Shown one piece after another: positions 1 to 9,732 of a stretch of 48,871 bases of DNA. The DNA comes from Candidatus Krumholzibacteriia bacterium (lineage in GTDB: Bacteria > Krumholzibacteriota > Krumholzibacteriia > WVZY01), in NCBI GenBank assembly GCA_036478295.1, contig JAZGDW010000085.1, positions 1-48,871 of the forward strand, given 5' to 3'. The notes below the pieces were generated by a model. It was not told the DNA's origin. It made no database searches and saw only the letters and a list, made by a program, of their open reading frames with translations. Position 1 is the stretch's first letter. Every line of letters starts with the position of its first letter. The translations under genes and the position numbers were made by a program.

Positions 1-491
1 AGGATGTGCCCCGCGTCGTGGAAGGTCACCGTCACACCCGGCCCCAGCGCGATCGGCTTGTAGTAATGGATACCTACGAAAAGCCGCAGCGCTTGCTCCG
101 TGTCCTCGATAGAATAGAGCGGTTCGATCGGTTCTTCGTGCCGTTTCGCACGGATCTTATTGACCCACTCGACGTCCCTCTGGTTCAGGTACGCGGAATC
201 ACGCAGCATGATCTGACTTAGATCCGCCGTCGCCGCGGTGGCATATATGTCACCGCGGTAACCATTCTTGTAAAGATTAGGAATGTTGCCACTGTGATCG
301 ATGTGCGCGTGGGATAGCAGCATCACATCGACGTCCGCCGGGTCGTGCTCGAAGTTGAGATTCTTTTCGTATGTGTCCCTGCGGCGGCCCTGGAAGAGCC
401 CGCATTCCAACAGAATTTTCTTGCCGTTTACCGTCAGCAGGTGCTGCGAACCGGTGACGGTCTGCGCACCGCCGAAGAATTGAACGTTCAT
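1..491 (-). CDS. MBL-fold beta-CASP metallo-hydrolase/ribonuclease (YSH1/TTHA0252-like), 3' end truncated by window edge
   Basis: Not in the ORF track; manual translation gives MNVQFFGGAQTVTGSQHLL...ECGLFQG...LLSHAHIDHSG...DAGHI (HxHxDH motif and AGH motif). GGGAGG SD just upstream of ATG at 491. Confidence 0.9.
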   Translation of the reverse strand, partial: MNVQFFGGAQTVTGSQHLLTVNGKKILLECGLFQGRRRDTYEKNLNFEHDPADVDVMLLSHAHIDHSGNIPNLYKNGYRGDIYATAATADLSQIMLRDSAYLNQRDVEWVNKIRAKRHEEPIEPLYSIEDTEQALRLFVGIHYYKPIALGPGVTVTFHDAGHI

Positions 492-650
492 GGTCCTCCC
501 CGTCTTTTCGCTACATGGAGGCGCGAGCCCTGGTGGACGCCTGTTGCCGTTTGCCGCACCGTCCCTAAGAGCGGCGGCAGCTTCTTGCTGAGTCAAGCAG
601 GGCGAGTTTTGTAAGAATAATGAAATACGTCGAAGCTGGCAACCGGGTTC

Positions 651-2273
651 TCACTTGAGAAACACCATACGGCGGGTGCGGTTGACGCCGTCCACCTCTA
701 CTCTGTAGAAATAGACGCCCGATGAGACGCCGCGGCCGTTGTCGTCGCGGCCATTCCACGTAGTCGTCCGCGTACCCGCCGGCTCGAATCGATCGACCAG
801 CAACCGCACGCGTTGTCCCAGTGCATTGTAGACGGTGAGGCGGACGTGCGCTGGTACGGGCAGCTCGTAGGTGATGGATGTGGCGGGATTGAACGGGTTG
901 GGCGAGTTCTGCCACAGGGTCAGTGACCGCTCCGGAATAGTAACGCGCCGCGGGACGGAAAGAAACTCGCCGTCGCGGTCCACCGCTCCCAAACGATACC
1001 AGTACGTTTCACCGGGCTCGACCGATGGATCGTCGTACGCGGCAGCCGCCGCCTCGATCAACGCCGGGTTCAGCTGCCGGTAACCGCTCCCCGCACGCGG
1101 AGAGCGGTAAATATTAAAGCCTTCCAGACCGTCGGCACGGCCAATCGCCCACGACAGCCGTACGCCACCCTCCCGGTACGCCGCATCGAAGGCGACAAAC
1201 GTCACCGCTACCACGTCCGGCGTGAACGAAAAGACGAAGAGCCCGTTGTCTATATCGCTCACGTATATATTGGCGGACGGCGCAAACGGGTACACGCCGA
1301 AGGCACCTGAAAAACCTTCCCCGGACAGCGCCGAGGTATCGAATGAATCGGCCAGAACCGGCTGCGTGGGATCGCTGACGTCGTACACGCTGAACCCCGC
1401 CGTGTAGTAGGAGACATATGCGAAGTCGCCGACGATATAGAGATTGTGAACCGTCGCGCTGGAGTCGGCGATCTCGGCGACCTTGAACGGGCTCGCCGGA
1501 TTCTCTATGTTCCAAACGGTGACGTCCGCGGTCGGGTGCTTCGCCAGTTCATCGCATATAAAAAGATATCTGCCGTCGCCGGTTGGGTACCCGCTGTGGT
1601 GAAACACGATACTGGAGTCGCTTATCACGCCGAGCAGCACGGGACTCGCGGGATTGGACACGCCGTAGATCCGGGTCCCGTTGGGGCCGTGAAAATCGTA
1701 GAGAATCGTATCCACCACGGACACGTCGTGATCGTTCCCGATGCCATCGATCCATATGGGTGCACCCGGGTTTTCCGGGTTTGGATTGAGGTCGTAGATC
1801 CGCAGGTCACGCTGGCCGCCCGCCCCCGCGAGGTAGAGAAATCCCCTATCGTCGATAAAGATGTTGTGCGAAGAGTCGAGCCCGATGGGGACCCGTATCG
1901 GCAAGAATACATTCGTCAGATCTATGACGGCGCCCCCCGATCCCGCCGAGCCCGTGACCGTATACGCATAGTGATCGTACACTTTCACATCGAAGCCGAT
2001 GGAAAAATTGGCCTGGCTGATCTGCGTCGGGCTCTGGGGTGACGTCACATCGACGATAAAAAACCCTTCCGTGCCGACACGTGTTCCAACCAGTGCATAT
2101 TCCCGTCCGGTCGACGCATCGACATAGCCCCACACATCCGAAAAGCCGCCATTGCGCAGCGGGAGCTGCCCGAGCAGGGCGACCGTGCCGCCGCCGGCGT
2201 GGCTTTGCGTGACGGCTGCGAGGAGCTGGACTGCAATGAATGTGAAGAAAGAAAATCGAAGAATCGTTCGCAT
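651..2273 (-). CDS. Secreted LVIVD-repeat / choice-of-anchor B family protein with Ig/FN3-like insert and C-terminal FlgD-Ig/T9SS-like sorting domain
   Basis: Signal peptide; SDVWG..REYAL, HNIFID, HHSG, HNLYI, GAFGVYPF..SD motifs; C-terminal 'QNSPNPFNP...SSGVYFYR' tail. Start at ATG 2273 (alternative TTG 2282). Confidence 0.8.
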   Translation of the reverse strand: MRTILRFSFFTFIAVQLLAAVTQSHAGGGTVALLGQLPLRNGGFSDVWGYVDASTGREYALVGTRVGTEGFFIVDVTSPQSPTQISQANFSIGFDVKVYDHYAYTVTGSAGSGGAVIDLTNVFLPIRVPIGLDSSHNIFIDDRGFLYLAGAGGQRDLRIYDLNPNPENPGAPIWIDGIGNDHDVSVVDTILYDFHGPNGTRIYGVSNPASPVLLGVISDSSIVFHHSGYPTGDGRYLFICDELAKHPTADVTVWNIENPASPFKVAEIADSSATVHNLYIVGDFAYVSYYTAGFSVYDVSDPTQPVLADSFDTSALSGEGFSGAFGVYPFAPSANIYVSDIDNGLFVFSFTPDVVAVTFVAFDAAYREGGVRLSWAIGRADGLEGFNIYRSPRAGSGYRQLNPALIEAAAAAYDDPSVEPGETYWYRLGAVDRDGEFLSVPRRVTIPERSLTLWQNSPNPFNPATSITYELPVPAHVRLTVYNALGQRVRLLVDRFEPAGTRTTTWNGRDDNGRGVSSGVYFYRVEVDGVNRTRRMVFLK

Positions 2274-2311
2274 GTTGCTCAACCCACAACTGGGAAGTAC
2301 CGGCTCCGAGC

Positions 2312-3748
2312 CTATTTCAAAAAAACCATCCGGCGGGTGTCGCTGGCCCCGCCGGCTTCGAGCCGGTAGAAGTACACTCCGGAAGCCACCCGGTGACCGC
2401 GGTTGTCACGACCGTTCCACGTCGCCGTCTGCGCGCCCGCCCCTTGCACTCCGTTGAGAAGCGTGCGGATCCTGCGCCCCGCGGCGTCGTAAACGGTCAG
2501 TACCACGTTCCCCGCTGACTCCAGGGTATAGGTAATCGTCGTGGTGGGGTTGAACGGATTGGGAAAGTTCTGGTTCAGCGCGAACCCGACCGGTGCTCGC
2601 TTCGGAATAGCCGTCGGCGTGGTGCCGCTGAACGAGAATATGTACAGGCCGTTTTGCATATCGCTGACGTAGATGTTGCCAGACGGGGCGAAAGGATAGC
2701 ACCCCCAGGCGCCGTCGAATCCTTCGCCGCTAAGTGCCGATGTATCGAACTCGTCTACCAGTTGCATGGCGAGCGGGTTGCTGATGTCGAAAATCTTGAA
2801 GCCCGCCGTATAATACGAAGCAAAAAGAAAATTGCCGACGCGAAACGTGTTATGAATGGTCGCGTTGGGGTCTCCAAACTCATCCACCTTGAAGGGTGTC
2901 GCGGGATTGCTGATATCCCACACCGTAATATCGGGTACGGGATCATTGGCCAGCTCATCGTTGATATAGAGATAGTTGCCGTCCGCCGATGGCCAGCCGC
3001 TGTGGTGATAATCGATGTTGGGGTCCGTGATCGATCCCAGCAACACGGGACTCGCCGGGTTGGTGATGTCATAGATAAAGGTGCCCGCAGAGCCGTGAAA
3101 ATCGTACAAACGGTTCCCGATAGCCGTTGCGTCATGGCCTGAGGAGCCGCCGCTCCACAGTGAATCCGGATTGGTCGGATCCGGTTTGAGATCGAAGATG
3201 GTCAGGCCGGAGACCTCGTTGTACATGATCCCGTTGTCGTCGATAAAAATATTATGCGCGGAGAGAAAAGTGCCGACCTGGACCGGCAGCGCCGGATTTG
3301 CGATATCGAAAATTTTGCCGTCCTGTCCGCTACCGTTTCCATCCACCGTGTAGAGGTAGTGGTCCCATGTCTTCACGTCGAAGCCGAAGCCGAAGGAACT
3401 CGTGATGGTCGAGATAATGTTCGGGCTTGTCGGGTCCGACACGTCGACGATATAAACGTTGAACCCATTCCATTCGCCGACGATGGCGTATTCCTTGGAG
3501 GTCAGTGGGTCCACCCAGCCCCAGATGTCCGAATTAAGAGTGCCTCCCGGCGCCAGGTCGATCTGCCCCAGCAGGGTGATGGAATCGGCCGCGGCCACCG
3601 GTGGCACGCCCGCACCATCGAGCGGCACGTGTCCCAGCGGGGCGACGACCACCAGTACTCCGACGATCGAGGCCCGCTGTATGTCGGTCAGACGACTGCG
3701 AATGCCGGTTAGACCATGGCGGATACGGCTGGGGACGATTCGAATCAT
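2312..3748 (-). CDS. Secreted LVIVD-repeat / choice-of-anchor B family protein with C-terminal FlgD-Ig/T9SS-like sorting domain (paralog of the adjacent gene)
   Basis: Same motifs (SDIWG..KEYA, HNIFID, YHHSG, GAWGCYPF) and 'QNFPNPFNP...ASGVYFYR' tail. AGGAG SD before ATG 3748. Confidence 0.8.
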   Translation of the reverse strand: MIRIVPSRIRHGLTGIRSRLTDIQRASIVGVLVVVAPLGHVPLDGAGVPPVAAADSITLLGQIDLAPGGTLNSDIWGWVDPLTSKEYAIVGEWNGFNVYIVDVSDPTSPNIISTITSSFGFGFDVKTWDHYLYTVDGNGSGQDGKIFDIANPALPVQVGTFLSAHNIFIDDNGIMYNEVSGLTIFDLKPDPTNPDSLWSGGSSGHDATAIGNRLYDFHGSAGTFIYDITNPASPVLLGSITDPNIDYHHSGWPSADGNYLYINDELANDPVPDITVWDISNPATPFKVDEFGDPNATIHNTFRVGNFLFASYYTAGFKIFDISNPLAMQLVDEFDTSALSGEGFDGAWGCYPFAPSGNIYVSDMQNGLYIFSFSGTTPTAIPKRAPVGFALNQNFPNPFNPTTTITYTLESAGNVVLTVYDAAGRRIRTLLNGVQGAGAQTATWNGRDNRGHRVASGVYFYRLEAGGASDTRRMVFLK

Positions 3749-3821
3749 GGACACTCCTGGATGTTGGCTTACGTTGCGGGGATACGGGTTCTTCACGCAC
3801 TACGCAGATTGGGTATATATA

Positions 3822-3850
3822 ATTATAGCAAGCAGTTTCGAAATGCACAA
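3822..3850 (-). promoter_or_regulatory. Putative sigma70 promoter for the LVIVD gene pair
   Basis: Minus strand TTGTGC-N17-TATAAT with extended -10 TG. Confidence 0.6.
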
Positions 3851-3856
3851 GCCGAA

Positions 3857-4720
3857 TCACGCCGGCCCCTGAGGCTCCGGCGGCTCGGTAGGCCGCGGTT
3901 TGTGAAATACCATAATCACGCCGGCCATGACCATGGCAACTCCGATGGACTCAACTGGCGAGAAGGATTCACCCAGAAAAAAGTATGAAATGACAAATGC
4001 CACCACAACTTCGATGAGGATGATGGTCGAGGTGGCCAGCGAGGAGACCAACCTGACCCCTTTCAAGTACAAGTAATAGCCGAGGATGGTCGGGAATATC
4101 GTCAGGTATAGAACGGGCAGCGCGGCGCGCCACTCGAACCGCACCTCTTCGAACCCCAGGAGCGGCAGCGTCAACACGGTGGTCCAGAAGTACAGGGCCT
4201 GCGCCATCTCGTAAGGCTGATAGCGTTTCGTAAGGCGCTTCGACAGCAGGATAAACAGCGCCCAGCTGAGACCCACGATCAGGCACAGAACGTCTCCCAT
4301 GTTGACCGCCGAGAGCCGTGAAAAATCGAGCCGGGTACTGGTAATCACGACGCCGGTGAGCGCCACGGCCATGGCGGCAAGCTGCCGCCTGCCGAACCGT
4401 TCCCGCCAGAAGATCGCCGCCAGCAGTACAACGAACACCGGGCTCGAGTTTATGAACAACGCTGTCTTTGACGCTGTCGTCAACTCCTGCGCCTTGAACT
4501 GCAAGATGAAGGAGAGCGCGTTTGGAATGGAAATCAGGATGAGGTCCCGGTTAAACAGCCGCCTCAAATCGGCGCGCGTGTGATAGCGGGCAAGCAATAT
4601 AAGAAACGCCGCGCAGAAACGCAGCACGACGAACATGAACGGGGATATGTCTCCCAGGGCGTACGTTATCGTAGGGAATGAGCTTCCCCAGACGATCGCC
4701 GCTAGAACGAGGTAGATCAT
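3857..4720 (-). CDS. DMT/EamA family transporter
   Basis: About 10 TM segments in two EamA repeats; WGSSF, 'SPVFVVLLA..ERF', 'GESFS..GVAM' motifs. Confidence 0.9.
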   Translation of the reverse strand: MIYLVLAAIVWGSSFPTITYALGDISPFMFVVLRFCAAFLILLARYHTRADLRRLFNRDLILISIPNALSFILQFKAQELTTASKTALFINSSPVFVVLLAAIFWRERFGRRQLAAMAVALTGVVITSTRLDFSRLSAVNMGDVLCLIVGLSWALFILLSKRLTKRYQPYEMAQALYFWTTVLTLPLLGFEEVRFEWRAALPVLYLTIFPTILGYYLYLKGVRLVSSLATSTIILIEVVVAFVISYFFLGESFSPVESIGVAMVMAGVIMVFHKPRPTEPPEPQGPA

Positions 4721-4732
4721 AGTTGGTAGCCC

Positions 4733-4788
4733 AGGGGCGGTGCGTTGTTAGATTGCCTCCGTCGCCAACCCAACAACGCACCGCCCCT
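4733..4788. repeat. Minimal palindromic intergenic element (17-bp perfect inverted repeat), internally deleted member of the repeat family
   Basis: aggggcggtgcgttgtt (4733-4749) / aacaacgcaccgcccct (4772-4788); arms and interior match the 40.6 kb element. Confidence 0.85.
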
Positions 4789-4797
4789 CCATGCGGA

Positions 4798-5592
4798 CTA
4801 CTCCTCCGCGTCGAGCGCGCCGGTCATGGTGAAGAACGCCCTGTCGATCTGTACGCCCGTATCGATGGTCTCGAAGACCATTTTGAACGGCGTGCCGGTG
4901 ACGTCGAGTCCCTCGATCACTCGCGGTGTTTTCAGGCCCTTTACTTCTGTAAAATCGGAAAAGTAGGTTGTGACTTCAGTGGTGTCGCCCTGATACGTCT
5001 GTTCGTAGGTCCGCATCACTTCCAGGTACGTTTCGGTGTGAACAAAGACGTGCCACACTTCGCCGTCTGCCCGGGTCAACTTGATCTCGTGCGCCGTCCC
5101 CCCTTCGCGCAGCCCCTGCTGCCCCACATACTCCACGCGGCGCCGTTTCTTCTTGTAATTGACGAGCGGTCCGTCGAACTCGGTCCAACGACGCATCGAC
5201 CTCGCGAACACCTCGGGCATCTCTTTCGGTTCACTCGCACCGGCGAGCGGGTTTATCCACCAGGCCACTTCGCCGTCGTAGGCCTGGATGATCTCGAGCC
5301 CCCGGATCGTGACTTCCATCCGGCCGCGATTGGGACGCTGCAGCCACAGCGTGAAATCGACTTCGAGGCCCTCCGCCTGCACGTAGCCGGTCACTTTCAC
5401 GTTCTCGATGGCCTTGATAGTTTTCATTCCGCCACGTGCCTTGATGTGCTTGCGGATGATCCGGTCCGCCTTGCGTGAGGCGGAGCCAGCCAGCGCCCGC
5501 TGCCCTCCAGGGCCGACCGCTATCACCGACAAGAGAGCGGCGGCGCCCAGGACGGACGCTCCGAACGCGCGTTTCACAAGAATGCACCCCAT
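4798..5592 (-). CDS. Exported LolA-like / outer-membrane lipoprotein-sorting family protein
   Basis: Signal peptide; 'HIKARGG', 'QAYDGEVAWWINP', 'FSDFTEVKGLKTP', 'IDRAFF' patterns typical of LolA-like fold proteins. Confidence 0.6.
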   Translation of the reverse strand: MGCILVKRAFGASVLGAAALLSVIAVGPGGQRALAGSASRKADRIIRKHIKARGGMKTIKAIENVKVTGYVQAEGLEVDFTLWLQRPNRGRMEVTIRGLEIIQAYDGEVAWWINPLAGASEPKEMPEVFARSMRRWTEFDGPLVNYKKKRRRVEYVGQQGLREGGTAHEIKLTRADGEVWHVFVHTETYLEVMRTYEQTYQGDTTEVTTYFSDFTEVKGLKTPRVIEGLDVTGTPFKMVFETIDTGVQIDRAFFTMTGALDAEE

Positions 5593-5624
5593 CGAGAACG
5601 GCCTCCTGTTTTACGATTGCACTG

Positions 5625-8447
5625 CTACCATTCCACGGCGGTAGAGGTTCCAAAACCCGGCCCGAGAAAGATCGCGTTTTGCAGCATGCGCTCGCCGCCG
5701 TGAAAATAGGCTCGAAAATTCGGGTAGCCGGCAAAGAGAATGACCTGTCCGCTGCCGACGCGTTCGCGTGTCGCGTACGCCGTCTCGCTCCAGCGGGCGC
5801 GGGCTTCCGGCCACAGGAGCCCGGAAAGACGAAGCTTGTCTTCGCCGGCGAAGCGTGCGGCCACCTGGACGTTGCTCTTGCTGACGTACACGTATTCCGT
5901 CGACACCATGACCGGCACCGGGGACGGTTCTCCGAACGACAGCCAGTGTGTTTTGTCGAGCACCGCGTTCAGTATCACCCCGCGTGGCCGCAGCCGGCGG
6001 GCCAGCTCGTCTTCGAGCTTGAGCGCTTCGAAGTCCCTTTTTTCTTTCTTTTCTTCTTCGTCCACGCTCCCCTTCCTGGCTTCCCACATATCCAGGCTGT
6101 CCACCTCCGGAGATTCCGCCGCCTTCGACCATTCCAGCCACGAGTCGTACTCGGCTATTTTCTTCAAGACCTGTCTTTTCTGACGCACGGAACTGATCGC
6201 GACCGACGAGTCGGCGAGAAAAGCCGCGGAGTGGCGGTTGGCGATCAGCGTACCGCCGTCTTTCACCCACAACTTGAGTTTTTTTATTCCCGCCTCGCCG
6301 ATAAGACGCTTCATGGCGGTGGTTCCTGCACTGTGCGGCAGGATAAGGACGTTGTACTTGCGGAGATCCATGCCGGCCAGCGCGGTGACGGCGAGCGTCG
6401 AGGCGGGGTAATTCAACCGGCTGTCGAGGAGGTGCCAGATGGCGCCAAACCCGTACGTGGAAATGTTGCTCCCACCGACCAGGCCGATTCTTGGTTTCTG
6501 CAGGAGCACGAACTCGGCACCACCGAGATCTGCTCCCGGCCGGCCCAGTGAGCTGTTCACGCCGTATACCTGCACACCGGTTTCTTTGGCCAGAGATTCG
6601 AGCTCCGCTTCGACCAGAGACTCGTTGCCCGAATTCCGTATGACGTAGCCGCCCGCCGCGAAAGTGCGTCCGGCCGCGTTGAACGGCTTGCGCGCTGCCC
6701 ACACCTTGTGGCCGCGTTCGAGGAGCCGAGCCAGCAACACGAAACTCCGGTCATCCACGTTGTCCACCGCGTAACCGTACTTCGGCGAACGGCCCTCAAT
6801 GCCGCCCACCACAGGCGTGGCCGCCCAGGCGGTCGTCTTGACCCCGGGCACGGACTCGGTCCGATAACATCGCAGGTTGTACCCGAGCAGCAGCGACCAT
6901 CCCGTATTCTCGTAGAGCTTGGAGCGGTTGTGCTTGAGCACTTCTTTGCGCTGGGCCTCGAGAAAATCGTCGGGCAGGCGGATGTCGAACTCAAGAATCG
7001 TTTCGAGCAGCGCACGCATCGGCTGGTCCAGGCGGATGATGAGCGACCCCTCTGGCATCTCGAGCCCTCTTATTTCTTTTCCCCCCGTATCGGCTGCGCG
7101 GCGCAGTTTGAATGCTTCACTCGCCACCTCCACCTCGATGTTCTGTCTTTGTAACGTCGAGGCGAGCCGGTCGAGACGGCTCCGGTTATCCGAGGGTGCC
7201 ACCACGTATGCCCCGGACCTGCCCCGCCCGCGGCTGCCTGTGGCACGTTTTTTCTCATTATAGAAGTCGGTCAACAACTCAGCGCGATGATCGGCCGTCG
7301 TCTTCAGGTTGGCCATCGAGCTTATGAACTGGTGGTGCACGGTCTCGCGGTAGGTCATCACCGAGCCGTCACGGCGCTTGACCGCCGACCCATCCACACC
7401 CGCTTGCTCGAAGAGCATCCCGATCGCTCCAATGTAGATACCCCAGGAGCTGCCGTAACCCGGGAAGAGCTCTTCATTCCACTCGCGCGTGTAGTAGCTC
7501 CAGCCGTATTCATCGAACGCCGCTCCCTGGTCCGCCGAGTAAGTCCGCCACCACTTGTGAATCTGGGAAATCATGAACGGGTTGAACGGCCTTCTCGGTG
7601 GTGAAAACAGGTACGTGTCCAGTGGTCCCATTTCATGGCAGTCGAGCAAGAACTGCGGATTCCACTGCAAAATAGCCTGGCAGCGTCCGCGGCTCTCCGG
7701 ATGCACGTGCGCGAACCAGTCCCTGTTGAGATCGAACAGGTAATGGTTGCCGCGGCCCCACGGCCAGAAGCCCCGGTGGTGGAGACTTTGCGTGTCGGTG
7801 TTCGGCACCACGCTGTTCCACTGTTCGAGCTGTTTGAGCCAGCGCATGCGGCCGTCGGGATTCTGCATGGGATCGATGCAAACCAACACGTGGTCCCGGA
7901 TGCTGCGGGTGACGGCGTCCGTCCCCGCTACGAGCTGGTAGGCCAGCTGCACCGCTGCATCGGACGAGGACAGCTCGTCGCCGTGAATTCCGTACGCCAT
8001 CCACGCCACGGCCGGGGTCGTTTCAATGATGGCCTTTGCTTCGCCGTCGCCGGAGAGCTTGCGCGGATCGGCCAGCTTGCCAATCTTCTCCCGGACCTGG
8101 TCCAGGTTCTGGGCATGCGTTTCCGAAGTGATGGTCACGTAGTACAGCTCACGGCCTTCATAGGTCCTCGCGTACTCAACGAGATAGACGTTCGAGAAAT
8201 TATCGGCCAGATACTTGAGGTAGCTCAGCGCATGCGCATGCGTCATCGGGACCGAACCCAACTCGAAGCCGAGAAACTCCGACGGCGTCTGGACGTCGGT
8301 GCGGTAGGCGCCACCTTCGAAGAAGGGAACGTCGTAACTACCCAAACCGGGTGTGGTATGGGTCCGCATCTTGTCTGCAATAAGCGGTGTCGCAAGAGAC
8401 GCGACCACCAGGCAAAAGACACCAACGCCCACGACTTTTCGTATCAT
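5625..8447 (-). CDS. Secreted M14 family zinc carboxypeptidase with C-terminal class-I GATase-like domain
   Basis: HGDE, NPDGR, RGN..DLNRD and DCHEM Zn/substrate motifs; signal peptide; GGAGG SD before ATG 8447. Confidence 0.88.
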   Translation of the reverse strand: MIRKVVGVGVFCLVVASLATPLIADKMRTHTTPGLGSYDVPFFEGGAYRTDVQTPSEFLGFELGSVPMTHAHALSYLKYLADNFSNVYLVEYARTYEGRELYYVTITSETHAQNLDQVREKIGKLADPRKLSGDGEAKAIIETTPAVAWMAYGIHGDELSSSDAAVQLAYQLVAGTDAVTRSIRDHVLVCIDPMQNPDGRMRWLKQLEQWNSVVPNTDTQSLHHRGFWPWGRGNHYLFDLNRDWFAHVHPESRGRCQAILQWNPQFLLDCHEMGPLDTYLFSPPRRPFNPFMISQIHKWWRTYSADQGAAFDEYGWSYYTREWNEELFPGYGSSWGIYIGAIGMLFEQAGVDGSAVKRRDGSVMTYRETVHHQFISSMANLKTTADHRAELLTDFYNEKKRATGSRGRGRSGAYVVAPSDNRSRLDRLASTLQRQNIEVEVASEAFKLRRAADTGGKEIRGLEMPEGSLIIRLDQPMRALLETILEFDIRLPDDFLEAQRKEVLKHNRSKLYENTGWSLLLGYNLRCYRTESVPGVKTTAWAATPVVGGIEGRSPKYGYAVDNVDDRSFVLLARLLERGHKVWAARKPFNAAGRTFAAGGYVIRNSGNESLVEAELESLAKETGVQVYGVNSSLGRPGADLGGAEFVLLQKPRIGLVGGSNISTYGFGAIWHLLDSRLNYPASTLAVTALAGMDLRKYNVLILPHSAGTTAMKRLIGEAGIKKLKLWVKDGGTLIANRHSAAFLADSSVAISSVRQKRQVLKKIAEYDSWLEWSKAAESPEVDSLDMWEARKGSVDEEEKKEKRDFEALKLEDELARRLRPRGVILNAVLDKTHWLSFGEPSPVPVMVSTEYVYVSKSNVQVAARFAGEDKLRLSGLLWPEARARWSETAYATRERVGSGQVILFAGYPNFRAYFHGGERMLQNAIFLGPGFGTSTAVEW

Positions 8448-8451
8448 CGGC

Positions 8452-9555
8452 CTACCTCCATCTCGAAAGGACCTTTTGAAGAACGACAAACAGGAATATT
8501 AGTATCTTTATCCGCACCAGCAATGAGTACCCCTTCCAGGCGGGCACTCTCACGCTGGCGGCGCTTGTCGAACTGAGGTCCTTTGCCAGGACCCGTTCTT
8601 TGAAGTGGGCGATGGTTTCCTGATCCGTGATGACGGCGATCAGTTCCTGCAGGAACCGGCTGCTCAAAAAATCGAAATTAGACGAACCGACGATCAGGTG
8701 CCGGTCATCCACCAGGATCGCCTTCAGGTGCGACATACGGTCTCGATAGAGCCGGACATCAAAACCGTTTCGCTCCGCTTCCCACAGGATGTATTCCTTG
8801 AGCCAGGGCCAGTTGTTGTGGTCGGGCGTTATCAGCGTGACCTTCGCTCCGTTGTCGCGTGCCTGCCGGAGCCGTTCCACAAAAGGACACGTCACGTACG
8901 GACTTATTACGTAAACCGACTCCCGGGCGCTGCCGATCAGCTCGAGTATGGGGCGAAAAGTCTGCTGGTTCGACCTCGCATCGAAACGGTAAATTTCTAT
9001 GCCATCAAACTTGTTTGACGTGTTCAGATGATTGTCACGCCATGATTCGAGATAGTCTTCTTTGAGAAACCGGGTTATTGCCGCGTCTTCGATGCGAAGC
9101 ATCATGTCGTGCCACGAAAAATTGTGCTCCGTGAAATTGATGCCGCCGATGTAGGCCACCCGGTCATCCATTACTATGATTTTTTTGTGCCCGCGGGCGA
9201 ACGCCAGCAGGTTGAACGGTCCGGAGGGATTGGTCAGCTTGACAACCACCCCCTGTGCCGCCAGCCGCGCCATCATTCTCAGGGTCTCGTCGCGCTCCGC
9301 TCGAATCTCCGCGTCGAACCAGTTCCTCGGGTTGCGGAGATATTTGTCGTTGATACGGTGCTTCGTAAAAAACTCGTCCGCGATGATCCGCCGGTCGGGG
9401 GCGGCGCAATCGGTCAGGCATTTTGAAACGGCCTTTCCCACACCGTCGCCCTCGAACGACAGCGTCTGAATGTATACGTAATCCCTGGCCGCCCGGACAT
9501 CGGACTGCAAGCTCGGCCAGAACTCTTCTGCGTCGACCTGGATCTGAATACGCAT
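8452..9555 (-). CDS. Phospholipase D-like / cardiolipin synthase family protein
   Basis: Two HKD motifs: HKKIIVMDD...GGIN and HLKAILVDD...GSSN. Confidence 0.88.
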   Translation of the reverse strand: MRIQIQVDAEEFWPSLQSDVRAARDYVYIQTLSFEGDGVGKAVSKCLTDCAAPDRRIIADEFFTKHRINDKYLRNPRNWFDAEIRAERDETLRMMARLAAQGVVVKLTNPSGPFNLLAFARGHKKIIVMDDRVAYIGGINFTEHNFSWHDMMLRIEDAAITRFLKEDYLESWRDNHLNTSNKFDGIEIYRFDARSNQQTFRPILELIGSARESVYVISPYVTCPFVERLRQARDNGAKVTLITPDHNNWPWLKEYILWEAERNGFDVRLYRDRMSHLKAILVDDRHLIVGSSNFDFLSSRFLQELIAVITDQETIAHFKERVLAKDLSSTSAASVRVPAWKGYSLLVRIKILIFLFVVLQKVLSRWR

Positions 9556-9597
9556 CAACGATGTCCCGAATTGCGGGCGGAGATAAGTGAATAAGAA

Positions 9598-9626
9598 CTA
9601 ATAGCATACACGCGGCATAAAAACAA
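9598..9626 (-). promoter_or_regulatory. Putative sigma70 promoter for the PLD-M14 operon
   Basis: Minus strand TTGTTT-N17-TATTAG with extended -10 TG. Confidence 0.4.
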
Positions 9627-9732
9627 GGGCGAAGGTTTGAAGGCAGCGGCGGCGCGGCGACGATCGGATCCGGCGGCGTAGCGGGGTGGGTCTGCTCGCA
9701 TACCTGAAAACGCTCCTGCTATTGTTCGCTAC

